From assembly GCA_963575745.1 (NCBI GenBank), contig CAUYUJ010000114.1, forward strand, positions 868,001-932,000: a DNA stretch of 64,000 nucleotides, given 5' to 3'. The DNA is from Prorocentrum cordatum. Lineage: Eukaryota. A program made the position numbers and the translations under genes. Below the pieces are notes generated by a model. The model was not told the origin of the DNA. It did not search any database and worked only from the letters and a program-made list of their open reading frames with translations. Of the stretch, positions 28,423 through 41,049 are shown one piece after another; position 1 is the first letter of the stretch, and each line of letters starts with the position of its first letter.

Positions 28423-31400
28423 CATTTTGCATGCGCTCTGGAGCGGGCAGAATCGCTCTGCGACGCCTGTGCGCTTGGCGACGTGGAGCGCCAATGCCCT
28501 GATGCATCACAAGCCGTCTCTCCGCACTAGAAAGCAGAAGTTTCTCGATTCCCTGTTGCAGCCAGGCGCTATAGTTGCCATTCAGGAAGTGCACGGTACC
28601 CAACATGATCTAGAAGATTTTAGGCATACGTATAACACCCATTTCCAGTTCACCTCTTCCTTCGTTCCTCCTGACCCCCCCGCTTCTTCCAGAACTGGAG
28701 GTGTCGCTACCCTTTTCTTCGTTTTCCAGAGGTCTGAGGTTCGGCAACAGCTTTTTGGATCCCCCCCCCCCCCCTCTTGTCACGTATGACCCCATCGTTC
28801 CTGGACGAGTACTACATGCGAAAATCAGGTCTCAAGATGGTCGCTCGTGGATATCCCACTTCAACGTACATAATCATGATTTGAACGCGCAGGAGAGACG
28901 TGCTGTTTCTCAGACAATACGCGCGGGGTACGCCTTTGGCCATGAGGGGCAGCATGAGAGGCTCCTCTTCGTTGTGGACGACTTCAATGTTAGTCATCTT
29001 TCTCCTCTGCCTCTCGCTCCTGACCCTGATGCGGGACCTCCTGTTCCTCCTGCCCCTGCCCCTCGTGAGTGGCGGGACGCTCTCGGACCTTTGGTTGAAA
29101 TGCAGCTGGAGGCCCCGACCCAATTCCATCCTGGTACCAAAATGTTCACGCTTATCAACAGAATCTTTACCTCGGCCCCTGGTTTGGGTCATCACGCAAC
29201 ACGCTTCTGGAGGCCAGGTCCCACAGGATCCCGTTGTGCTGCAAGCGAAGGAGATCTCCGACCATGCCCCTGTCCGTGTCTGTTTACAGGTTCGCGAGAG
29301 GACCCCGCCCGACCAGCGCCCGATCCCCCGCGATATTTTCAAGTCTGTGGAGCATGCCAAGTTTCTTGCCTCTGCTTGGGAGGTCGCCCCGCCGTCGGCA
29401 GACATGAGCCAGCCGCAGATACATGCATACCTGAAAATGCTGATGCATGAAGCCGCTCGACACGCACGAGATAGCATTATAGTACATAAGCCTAACAGCA
29501 TCACTGCCAAGTTCCTGATTGTCAGAAGCTGTGCGCGGGCGGTCTTCCAGAACGACTTTGGGCTGGCGGCCAAGCTTTTACGTGCCCACCCCCTGGCCAG
29601 AGAGCACATCGATGTACAGCATGAGGTGCACACTGTCGCTCTTCGATTGCCACAAGAGTTTTCTGCGTTGCCGAGCGCCCTGCATCATGAAGCCGCAAAG
29701 CGATTTTGAGCTGAAATCCGTCGGCGAGCTGAGCGAGAGTCCGATTACCACCGGAGGAGCAAACTCAAGAAGCAGCAGCGTAGATTGACGAAGATGCAGC
29801 AGCTGTGGCCCCACTTTGACAAGCGCATGTACCTTGCAGGCGTGCGCCACGACAAAAGCTCGATCGGTCAAGAGCCCCTGCAGATGCTACAACAGCTTGG
29901 AGCCCATTGGCGCGAGGTATTCACGGCGAAGCCCTTTCTGGCTGACCAGGCCGCTGACCTCTTGCAGCGCCACGCCCCGAAGTTGCCGCAGCTAGAGTTA
30001 CCGCCGCCGAGCAGCCACACTCTTCGGAAAATCCTGGACCGCGTCCGCCCCTCGGCCCTTGGTCCTGATAACCTGCCCTACGAGGCGTGGAAAAATGCTC
30101 CCATGGGAATCGAGATCCTGACGCACAGTATGAGGTGGATGCTCGAAGGCTTCTCACTTGGCGCTGGCTTCAACGCCGCCCTTGGGGCGTTCGCGCCGAA
30201 GGGCGAAGAGGGCGACGACGGCAACGGTGCGATCAGAAGTGCTGCGAACACCCGTCCTTTTGGGCTGAAAAAAACGCCGATAACAAGTTGATCGCCGCCG
30301 CTTGCTGCTATGCGTTGGGCCGTGCTGTGCCCCAGGGTCTCGACGAGATCCAAAAAGGTTTTGTCGCGGGGAGGAATTTCGGGGGCAACATTATCGACCT
30401 GGATGTTCGAGCACGCACCTACAGTATGCAAGAGCCCTCGTTGCACCCGATTTTGGTCGGGTACGACTTCGGCCAGGCCTTCCCGTCCGTCAGCCAGCAG
30501 TGGATGATGGTGGTTCTGGCAACGTTGCCGATCCCGAGTGCCTTGGAAGACTTTTTCGAGCTTGTCTACGTGGATGTCTCTTGTTGGGGCAAGATAGGTC
30601 GCATCTACCAATTTCTATTCCATATCACCAGCGGTATGATCCAGGGATGTCCAGGTTCTGGCCTACTATTCGCGTTGCCCATGGACCCTTTCCCCCGGGC
30701 CTTCAGGGAGAAAGTCGACGCCCCTGACAGAGGCATCACTCGTGCCTGTGCGGACAACGTTGGCATGGCCCTTCGTCGCTTGGCTTAGTTGATGCATGCG
30801 TTCCGAGTTTTCGAGTTGGCCAGGCGCATTGCGGACTTGAAGATCAAGAGCTCTAAATGCACGATTGTCCTTATTGGAGGCCCCATGACGGCCAGACTCA
30901 AGTCCTATATCAAAGCCTGGCTGCTCGACAAACATACCTGAGTGGAAGGACTTTAAGATAGAGGACACCCTCGGCTACTTAGGGATGCTCCTCGGCCCTG
31001 CCGTCACTCCTGAGGTCCCTTGGAAGAAGCCTATCGCTAAGTACATCAGCAGAGCCCACTCCATTGGTGCCCTGGGGAGCTCCTCCGAGGTCTCTGCTGG
31101 CCTGTATCGATCGCGTGCGTTGTCTGTCCTATCTTACGTTGCTCAATACCTCCCCCCCCTCGTCGCCTTCAACATGATGAGTACTGCGTCTTCCCTCGGC
31201 TCCTGAAAATACAATATCGTGCGTGGACTAATGCTGACTGGCATAATCTTGGGCTATGGGGTGGGCCCGAGCTCGGCAGTGTACAGGCGATGTGTCACGC
31301 GCCCCTCATGCGGGCGGCTATCTGCACCTTCACCTCTTGGAGAGCGGGAGTGGACCTCCCATTCCGCGAGGCTGGGGAACACTTACCTTTGGTCCGATCG

Positions 31401-32117
31401 ATTGCGCGAACGCCGTGGCCGTCTCACTGGAAGAGCCCCCCGTATGCGTTCAACCTCCTGGAGGCCTCCGAGGGATTCCTGCTGAACCCCAACCTGTCGC
31501 AGGCTGGCACCAGTGCTCTCCAGGCCCTTAAAGATGTCCAATCCGTGTTTCACGACAAGCCCCTGAGGTCCCTCAAGCCCCAAAGGATCTTCACTCGTGC
31601 CTTTATTGAACAACTTTTTCCTGACAGACTTCAGCATACTTTTCGGCGTCGATTATTGGGGGCCCGACCCGATTGCAAGAGCATCATCGACTCCGTGGAT
31701 TGGGAAAAAGTCCGAGCAGTGATCGCCTCCCTCCCCCCATCTTGGAGATCCGCCGTCCTCAAGACTCTCGGGGGCTGTTGGTGCACCAGTCATAGGTTCC
31801 AGGGGTCCGCGAAATGTGTCCTGGGTTGCCCTAATGGTGCCGACAGTTCTTGGCACTACTGGACTTGCCCTGTCTTCTTCTGGCTTCTGGAAGCCGGTGT
31901 CGGTCACATTATAGAGGGTGAGCCCATTGCCCGACTCGGCATCAGGCGTCCTGCGAGGGAAGCCTTCAGAGTGCCTGTTTTCGCCTACTATCTGTACAAT
32001 GCATTGCATGTCTTACCTGTCACCTCCGAGGGAACTGTCTCGATGTCGCAGGCCAGGTCCGCGCTGCCGACAGTTCGATTTCAGGTCGAGCGGTCGAGTT
32101 GCAGCACCGCGTCGTAG
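28394..32117 (+). pseudogene. LINE ORF2 (APE endonuclease + reverse transcriptase + C-terminal CCHC), disrupted by several frameshifts and stops
   Basis: Motifs lie in successive frames. APE: RLATWSANAL, VAIQEVHG, GGVATL, VVDDFNV, LINRIF, ISDHAPV. RT: ALGPDNLPYEAW, TRPFGLK/NADNK, QKGFVAGR, YDFGQAFPSV, SGMIQGCPGSG, RACADNVG, YLGMLLGP. C-terminus: KCVLGC..DSSWHYWTCP. Confidence 0.92.
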
Positions 32118-33624
32118 TGCTGGCGGAGGACTCGGCGCGCCCCCCTGCTACGCTCGAGGAGGAGGAGGAGGAGGAGGAGGAGGAGGAGGAGGGGAAGGAG
32201 GAGGGGAAGGAGGAGAGGGAGCAAGGGGGCGGAGGCCTGGAGTTTCGGGCCAGTGGAGCCAGACTTGTTTTTGGTCGCAGCGCGGCAGAGGCAGTCCGCC
32301 CGCGCGCTCAGGCGGTCCAGGCAGCGGAAAGCGCAAACTGACCGGCGGCAGGAGGAGGAAAAAGGAAAGGGCAGGCGGACCAGTGGAGCCAGACACTGTC
32401 CGTCGCGGCGCGGCAGAGACGGTCCGCACGCGAGCCCGAGCGGCACCGGGGCTCGGAGTCGCGGAAATGCCCACGCGCGAGGAGGGAAGAGAAGAGAAGA
32501 GAAGAGAAGAGAAGAGAAGAGAAGAGAAGAGAAGGCCTCGGCGTCGCTCGGACGTGTGCATTTTTTCTTCGGTGAGGGCCATCGAGGAGCATCCTTGATC
32601 ACTTGGCGAAAAAACCACGCACGAAAGCGAAAAAAAACACAGGGAATGGACGTCCGAGCGATGGCGAGGAGGCGGCCGCGGGAGGGGGCCAGGCGCGGGG
32701 GCGCACTCACGCAGCGGGGCTGCGGCGGGTGCGTGGGCGCGGCCTGGCGGAGGGCCCAAACTGGCAGCGGGCTGCGGATCGGCGTCGGTGGGAGGCCAGC
32801 ACTTTGTGGGCCCCGGAAACGGCAGGGCCGTTTTTTCACCGTTTCCAGGAAAATGTCCCTTGAAAATGGAATCAGGAAAAAAAAGCGACCGGAAACAGCA
32901 ACAAAAACGGCTCCAGGATCGGAATTGGAGCCGGAACCGGTCCAAAAACGGCGACAGAACCGGCAAATAAAACGGCAAAACGGAACCGGTAACAAAAACA
33001 GCCCTGTCGCTTCCCGGGCCCACTAAGCCAGCAGCCACAGTGCGGGCGAGGCCCAGCAGGGCGGAGAGTGAAGGCGGCAGCGGCCGAAAGTCGAGTGGCT
33101 ATGCGGGGAGGGGTGGGCAGCGGCTCTGAGCCGGCGGGCCGGGGATCGCCAGCGCTGCAGCGGTTGTGAGGAGCTGAAGGCGGTGGATGATGCGGCGGCC
33201 CCGGGGCGGGAGCGGCCGACGGGCGTCCGTCGCGGGGCACTGGGGAAGCGGGGGCGGGAGAGAAGTAGGAACGCCACTCCACAGCCAGCGCGCGGCATCA
33301 CAGCAGGGAGTTGCGCGTCGTCCAGTGCAAGTGGCGCACCAGCGGGGCCCCTCAGGGTGATGGAGCGGGCCCAGCCGGCCGTCCAAGGTGGAGGCGTGGG
33401 CAAGGTGGGGGGCGAGCCATTGGAGCCAGACGTGCGATGGCTGGATTATTCCACGACGGCCCCCCACCCCAGACGTCGCAACCCGTTCCTTCGGCCGATG
33501 TTTCATCCCGAGTCGCGTTCTGCAGGTCCCAGGGCCCGGCGAGGGACCCTGGAGGCCGTGATTTTTTGTTTTGTTTCACGGCGCAGTCACGTCTTGGGAA
33601 CCAAGGGGGAACATGAAAACGGGG

Positions 33625-34230
33625 GCAGGAGGAGGAGCAGGAGGGGGAGGAGGACGAGGAGGAGGAGGAGGAGGAGGAGGAGGAGGAGGAGGAGGAGGAA
33701 GAGTAGGAGTAGGAGAGGAGGAGGAGGAGGAGGAGGAGGAGGAGGAGGAGGAGGAGGAGGAGGAGGAGGAGGGGAGGAGGAGGAGGAGGAGGAGGGGAGG
33801 AGGAGGAGGAGGAGGAGGAGGAGGGGAGGAGGAGCAGGAGGGGGAGGAGGAAGAGGAGGAGGAGGAGGAGGAGGAGGAGGAGGAGGAGGAGGAGGAGGAG
33901 GAGCTGGAGCAGGAGGAGGAGGACGAGGAGGAGGAGAAGGGAGCTGGAGCAGGAGCAGGAGCAAGAACAGGAGCAGGAGCAGTAGGAGGACCACGAGCAG
34001 GAGTGGGAGCAGGAGGAGCAGGAGGAGCAGGAAGGGGAGGAGGCTTGCGGTTTCGGGCCAGCGGGGCAATGGGAATGAGGGCGACGAAGGGGCCATTTAC
34101 TGCATCATAATTACGAGGCAGGAAAAGCACAGTGCGGGAGCGATTCACAGATGTCTCTCTGCCGCCAGCAGGGGAATCCAGGGGGAGGAGGAGGAGGAGG
34201 AGGAGGAGGAGGAGGAGGAGGAGGAGGAGG
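33625..34230. repeat. (GGA)n microsatellite (also ~36515-36608, 37477-37725, 42578-42910)
   Basis: Direct reading. Confidence 0.97.
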
Positions 34231-34565
34231 ATCAGTGTAGACCCAATACTCATTCAGGATGTTGGAATAAACCCTCCCCCAAACTCCCGTTTCATAGGCC
34301 CCATACAGGATTCAATTCCATTGAGGGAAGTGCCACGTTAGGAGACAACCGTTCGAAGGTCCTGAAGCCTGCCAAAACACGATGCTCTGAAATTCAATTC
34401 CGCTAATCAACCTGACTGTTTCGTCTTGACGCGCTCGAGTCGTGCCAGAACAGCATTCTTGGGACTTCAACACCGCGAATCAAAGTAACTGTTGCACTCT
34501 GACAATCATGAACCGTTCCAGAACATATATATATATGTATGTATATATGTATATATATGTATATG

Positions 34566-34605
<40 letters not shown>

Positions 34606-34769
34606 CGTATATATATAATGTGTACATAACCCAATAAATAAACATGAATAAATAAATCAATAAATAAATAAATGCCACCCGCCCCCAGCCCCAGGTACCA
34701 CACCTCCCCGTGACATCTCGGGAACGCTCCCGGTACCGCTCCCCCGGCCTTTCCGGGGAGCCTCCACAG

Positions 34770-35680
34770 CGCTCCAGGAGGGCCCAAGACGCCCCAGGAG
34801 ACCCCAGAATGCGAAAGGATGGCCCAAGACGCTCCCAAGCAGCCCAAGTCAGCCTTCCGTCGGCTCTCGAGGCTCCCAGGTGGCCTCCAAGAGGCCCCAA
34901 GAGAGGTCCGAGAGGCGTCCCGGGACGGCCCGAAGAGGCCAAAATCGTAAATTGTCATTGGTTATTTTCCATGTTTGGGCTTCTCGCGTTTTCGAGCTTC
35001 CAACGGTGCAAGAGCGCCGAAGAGGCTCTCAAGACCGCCCCAAGATCACCCAAGAGACCCTCATAACGGCCCCCAAGACGGGCCAAGAAGTCTCCAATAT
35101 TGCCGAAGAGGCGCCCAGGACAGCACCAGACCACCCCAGAGCAGGCTCAAGATGGGCCCAAGAGCGGGAGCAGGACGTTTCCAGAGTCCTCCGAGAGTCC
35201 TCCAGGACCACCCAGAGACCCCCAACACATTCCCGATCCCTGAGAGGCCCCAAAAAGACCCCGACGAGGCTTCAAGAACAGCCCAAGAGAGCTGCGAGAG
35301 CCGTCCCGAGAGAGCCCAAAGAGGGTAAAATCGTTGATTTCCAATGGTGTTTCTAATGTTTTTCGCCTGCTCACGTTTTCCCGCTTCCAACCCTCGAAGA
35401 TCGAGGATAAAAAAGAAAAAGGAAATTCCAAGAATTTCCTTTTTTTTCCAAAGTGGACGCCTACTCGGAGACCCCACACATCCCTTGACATCTGGCCGGT
35501 ATCGCGCCTCCTGGCTTCCCGGGGGGCTCCCAAGACGCCCAAGGACAACCCAAGACGACCCCAAGGGTCCCCCAGAACGTAAAGAACGGCCCAACACGCT
35601 CCCGCGCAGCCCGAGACACCCTTCCGACGGCTCTCCAGGCCTCCAGGAGGCCTCCAGAACCCCCAGGAGCTCCGGAAGAT
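34770..35680 (+). repeat. Degenerate ~11-bp (CCCAAGAC/GAGGC) minisatellite family; reverse-complement copies at ~39930-40060 and 51800-52385
   Basis: Recurrent CCCAAGAG/CCCAAGAC motifs at ~11-bp spacing. Confidence 0.75.
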
Positions 35681-36039
35681 CCCACACTCCTGAGGCACGC
35701 AATCCGCGAAGCACAAACAATAAACAGCGCCGAACAGCGCCGAAGAACTGGAATGGAAATCCCACATTTTTGATTTTGTTTCCCAAGTTTGGCCCCCGGT
35801 CTACTCTTGCACAACAAACCAAATCGAGACCCCCCTCACCTCCCCAAAAAAAAACCAGGAAGCCTTTGAGGGCCTCAAATCGTTGAATGCCTAAAGGAAA
35901 GTAATGATTTCTGCGTTTCCGCACTTCCCCTTCTATTCGATTCCGAGGCTTGCGCAGGGCCTCCAAGAGAGTCCCTGGACGGAAGAAGCGACCAACATGA
36001 TATTACATGAATTAGCCTATCAAACCTATCAAGCCTAGG

Positions 36040-36079
36040 TAGAACTTGAGCGCGCGCTGAGCGCGCGCGATGGTGCTAG
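36040..36079 (+). mobile_element. Helitron-like 3' end (GC hairpin + CTAG|T)
   Basis: GCGCGCGC-TGA-GCGCGCGC then GATGGTG-CTAG-T. A similar end lies at 40880-40922. Confidence 0.5.
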
Positions 36080-36608
36080 TATGTATGTATGTGTATATAT
36101 ACATATACAACAACGTTTCTCGTAGGCCAACTATGGGAGCCCGTGGAACTCTTGCAATGTTTTAAGACAGATGTGCGCGATAATCACGTTTCGAAAAGGA
36201 GCAAGGAGCCGCACTCAACCCGTGAAAATCGTGCAATTGTTCAAGACGAATGCCCGCAGCGCTTGGGCGAGAGCCACATTTTGAAAAAGAGCCACCCTCA
36301 GTCAAATAAACTGCTGCAACTGTGTAAAGGCGAGTGTGCGCGGCGCTAAGGCGAGAGCCACATTTTGAATACCACCCGCCCTCCATCTCTGAAACAGTTG
36401 CCAATGTTTACGATTCAGGGTCATATCGAGTGAGTAAGTCTCATGCGAAACGCTGGGGCCGCCCTTCCGATTGGCTTCGGGGTGCGACAGGGAGGAGTTA
36501 TTCATGAGGAGACGGAGAGGAGGTGGAGGAGGAGGAGGCGGAGGAGGAGGAGGAGGAGGAGGAGGAGGGGGAGGGGATGAGGAGGAGGAGGAGGAGGAGG
36601 AGGAGGAG

Positions 36609-36611
36609 TAG

Positions 36612-36663
<52 letters not shown>

Positions 36664-36948
36664 TTAGTGGTAGTGGTAGTCGTAGTCGTAGTCGTAGTCG
36701 TAGTAGTCGTAGTAGTCGTAGTCGTAGTCGTAGTAGTCGTAGTCGTAGTCGTAGTAGTCGTAGTAGTAGTAGTCGTCGTCGTCGTCGTCGTAGTAGTAGT
36801 AGTAGTAGTAGCCGTAGTAGTAGTAGTAGTAGTAGTGTAGTAGTAGTAGTAGTAGTAGTAGTAGTCGTAGTAGTAGTAGTAAGGAGTAGTAGTAGTAGTA
36901 GTCGTAGTAGTAGTAGTAGTAGTCGTAGTAGTAGTAGTAGTAGTAGTC

Positions 36949-36989
<41 letters not shown>

Positions 36990-37002
36990 CGTAGTCGTAG
37001 TC

Positions 37003-37043
<41 letters not shown>

Positions 37044-37085
37044 CGTAGTAGTAGTAGTAGTAGTCGTAGTGTAGTCGTAGTAGTC

Positions 37086-37120
<35 letters not shown>

Positions 37121-37145
37121 CGTCGTAGTAGTAGTAGTAGTAGTC

Positions 37146-37189
<44 letters not shown>

Positions 37190-37190
37190 C

Positions 37191-37249
<59 letters not shown>

Positions 37250-37291
37250 CGTAGTCGTAGTCGTAGTCGTAGTCGTAGTAGTCGTAGTAGT

Positions 37292-37368
<77 letters not shown>

Positions 37369-37383
37369 AGTAGTAATAGTAGC

Positions 37384-37430
<47 letters not shown>

Positions 37431-37477
37431 TAGTAGTAGTAGTAGTAGTGGTAGTAGTAGTAGTAGTAGTAGTAGTA
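36609..37477. repeat. (TAG)n/(TCGTAG)n microsatellite
   Basis: Direct reading. Confidence 0.97.
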
Positions 37478-37927
37478 GGAGGAGGAGGAGGAGGAGGAGG
37501 AGGAGGAGCAGCAGGAGAAGGAGGAGGAAGAGGAGGCGGAGGAGGAGGATGTGGAGGAGGAGGAGGAGGTGGTGGAGGAGAAGCGGGAGGAGGAGACGGT
37601 GGAGAGGGTGGAGGTGGAGGAGCGAGAGGAGAAGGGGGGGAGGAGATGGGGAGGAGGACGAGCAGGAGGAAGAAGAAGGAGGAGGAGGAGGAGGAGGGGG
37701 AGGAGGAGGAGGAGGAGCAGGAGGGGGGCAGTACGGGGCGGAGGCCTGGATGTGTCGTGCCAGCGGGGCCAGGGGGCCACCACCACTCCCTGGAGCCGCC
37801 CGCGCAAGAGGTGCGGAACCCGAAGGTCTGCGGCGGCGAGGAGCAGTGGCTCTTCGCGCCGCTGGCGGACCCGCCGCACCTGGCGGGGTGCCGGGGCCCT
37901 AGTGGCGCAGGCGCGGCCGGCCTGGCC

Positions 37928-38140
37928 TCTGCACGCACGAAATGGGTACTGAAAGAATGGGTACAATGCCCAACAGCAGTTCCTGTTCATTTTGAACAGG
38001 AACTGCTGTCCGCGCCGCCGCGGCCTGTGTCCACTTGAGACAGGAGGCCGCCTGCCCAACAGCGGCCGCTGTTGGTTTGGGACAACATTTGTTGTTGGGC
38101 ATTGTACCCATTCTTTCGGTACCCATTTCGGGTGTCCAAA
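37928..38140. mobile_element. MITE family B, perfect 5-bp TSD
   Basis: TGGCC at 37923-37927 and 38141-38145. A partial third copy lies at ~38515-38610. Confidence 0.85.
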
Positions 38141-41049
38141 TGGCCCGACTCACCTCACCCTTTTCGTTCATTCCAGCCTTCTGTTTTTGCGCCCTCAGCG
38201 CACGTTGCCTTCGTCGTCTTTCTCGAGCCCCTCGCCGCCTTGCTTCGTTTGTGCTCAAGTGTCGCGCATGGGTGCAGGCGGGGAACTTCAACTGGTTTCC
38301 CGCCGAACACAGCAATCGAGGATGTATCGCCCATGCATGGCCCATAGAGACACCATTGCCGGGACCCTGCGCCCGACCCCCACTTTCACCTTCCAAGTGT
38401 CTGTAGGGTCGAAATTGGTACCGAGAGGAGGGGCAGATACGAAAACCGTCAGCATTGTCTGTTCATTTTGACTAGGGCTCGCTATCGGTGTCGCCACGGA
38501 CGCTGTCCTTTGGAGAAAACGACCGCCTGCCCAACAGTAGCTTCTGTAGGTTTGGGAGAAAATATGTTGGACATCGTACCCATTTTTTCAGTACCCACCT
38601 CGGGCGTCTAATCTGGGGCGCTCTGAGCCATTGTACGGGGGGGGCGTTCGTGAAGGAACGTGCCCAGGATGTTTCAGACCCTGGATGATTCCGCATCCGA
38701 TGAGGGCGGCGGTGACATCCATGGCCAATTATCAGTTGGTATTCAGCCGGTTTCCAGACCTTCGATTCCCAGTCCAATGGTTTCTTATGCAATATCTTCA
38801 GCGGGCTTGTAGGATCAGTCGGGGAGGGGTGAATCGATGCCCCTCCCCGATCCAGTCCACTTCCCCATCATTCCCCCTCGCCTGCGCGCGCGGCCGGGCC
38901 CGCCCGACGTCTGTCGCGGGGGCAACGCTAATGAGAGAAACGAAGGTTTGCAAAAAAACCCAGGTTTGCAAAAAAAAAAAAACCCGAAGGGTTTTTTTTG
39001 CAAACCAGGGTTTTTTTGCAAACCTTGGGTTTTTTTGCAAACCTTCGGGGGAACGCATCGAACCTTTCACGGAACGTCTCGAGATCCGGAGTGGTTTCCC
39101 TAAGTTGCGCCTCGTCTCGGCGGCGGGATCCGAAATGCACCCTCGCCGATCAGCGGCTCAGGCAATCTGCTGGGCGGCGGGGTAGGGTTCGGGATTCGTC
39201 GGACACGTGGCGAAATCCGAGCCTTCTACCCCCGCTTTTCCATCGATTCAGGAGAATCGATGGTTTGCTGGGTAGGGTTTGGATGCCGCCGCCTATCTCG
39301 GGGGTGGACAGACCTCCCACCCTGACACGTCGATTCAGGAATTGGCCGTTTTCGGCTCGCGAGAGGGCGTCGCGGCCGTCATTTTTGCGGGTCCAGGTCC
39401 GTCGGTTTCGGTCCCAGGCCGTTTCCATTAAGGGGAGGTTTACTAAAGGGAGGTTTGTCCACCGCCGCCTATCGTCCCCGATCCCAGATCCCCAACGATA
39501 GGAGGTGTTTCAACCGGCGTTCTTTGCTTGACCTGGGCCTCCAGGGCCCGTTGTCGGGCCTGTCGCGCGCGCGGCCAGCCCCCCCCGACGTCTGCCTCAG
39601 GGGCAATGCTGCCGGGGGGGCGGGGAAGGCTCAGGGGGAGGGGGGCGAGTTTCTCTCGGGGGTGGACAGGACCCCCACCCTGACACGTCGATTAGTGAAT
39701 TGTCCGTTTTCGGTTCTCGAGAGGGTGCCGTAGCCGTCCTTTTCCAGGCTTTCGCCCGCCAGATTTGGGCCCGAGGTCGTTTTCACTAAACCACTTTTTG
39801 CTAAAGGGGGTTCTGTCCATTCCCGATTCTCGGAATGGAGGATTCAGGTTTTCGTAGATGTTTGACGAGCCTCGGCGGTTTTCCAGCCTCGGGGCGCATT
39901 CCAGCACGTTCCTGCCCTCTCGCGGGCCCTCTGGGGGTCTCTGGAGCCGTCTTGAGGCTCTCTTGGGGCCGTCTGGACCGTCTGGAGGCCATCTAATGCT
40001 CTCTTGGGGCCGTCTTGGGGCCCTCTGGGGCTGTTTGGGGCCGTCTTGGAGCCCTTGGGTCGCGTCATTCTAAACATTACGAAGAAACGGGCCATGGGCG
40101 CCGCCTGGGAGCCGCTTCATTCGAAACAATCCGAGGAAAGCTGGCCATCACATCCGATGCCCGCGCTCTTGGCCCCTCCTCTGGAACCCCTTCCTTGAGG
40201 GCTTCGTCAGCACTCGTGCCTCGCTCTTTCTGTTACCCCAAGAGAGCTCCGAGAGGGCCCCAAGAGGGTCCCTCAATTTAGCACAAATGTAACACAAGCC
40301 GCTTCCTCGTCAAGGCGGTGCTGTGCAACTTGTGTGTCAGATTGTTGGGGCTCGGGGGGCGCTGTGGGAGCTCCCCTGGCGCCCCTTTGGCGGCTCCTTA
40401 AGGAGGCCCTGAGCCTGTCGCGGTGGCTTCTGCGGGCCTCTCCGTGGTCCTGACGCCCAGGTCCACCGGGGATCGTCGTTGGAAGTCTTGTGGCCCTCGT
40501 CGGTTCCCTCGAGGGCGTCCTGAGCCGTCCTGCAGCCCTTCTGGGAGCTTCTTGCAGGCCCGGGACAGCGGCGCCAGGGATGGCCCGGGATGGCCCAGAT
40601 CCGCGGGGGGGCCCTCGATGTCGTTATTCTCTGTCCTGCCTCAGCCCGCCTCCCTTCTTCCTGGGCCTCCTCCTCCTCTTCCTCCTCCTCCTCCTCCTCC
40701 TCCTCTTGTCGCTGGAGGCGGCACTCATGTTCCCGGGCCCCTGCGAGGCCCCAGAGTGACGTTCCAGATGGCAGCGCTTCGGGCCGAACTCGCAAGCTCC
40801 TTGCTGGGGAACCTCTCGCTGGGTAATTTGGCTTTCGTGGATCAGCGCAGGGTACATTCACAACGACTGCGCGGTCGGCTAGAATATGAGCGCGCGCGTA
40901 ATTAGCGCGCGCGTGGATCTAGCACGTATATACATACAGACACATCTGTATATGCATACGTACATTATACGTGTGTGCGTAAACACATATCAGCACTCAT
41001 GCACGCGCATCGACCGCACACATGTGTGTGTGCGTAGCCACACATCCAT

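Larger units (their letters stand above)
27142..32155 (+). mobile_element. Full-length non-LTR retrotransposon (LINE; ORF1 + APE-RT-CCHC ORF2), inactivated, embedded in (GGA)n
   Basis: Order is SL, ~170-nt 5' UTR, ORF1, overlapping broken ORF2, ~40-nt 3' UTR, then (GAG)n. GGA tracts lie on both sides (~26985-27141 and ~32156-32220). Confidence 0.92.

Noticed and set aside
36302..38059. 585-aa ORF and similar poly-residue ORFs (33183-34406, 49643-51361, 41-42 kb)
   Set aside because: These are translations of microsatellites.
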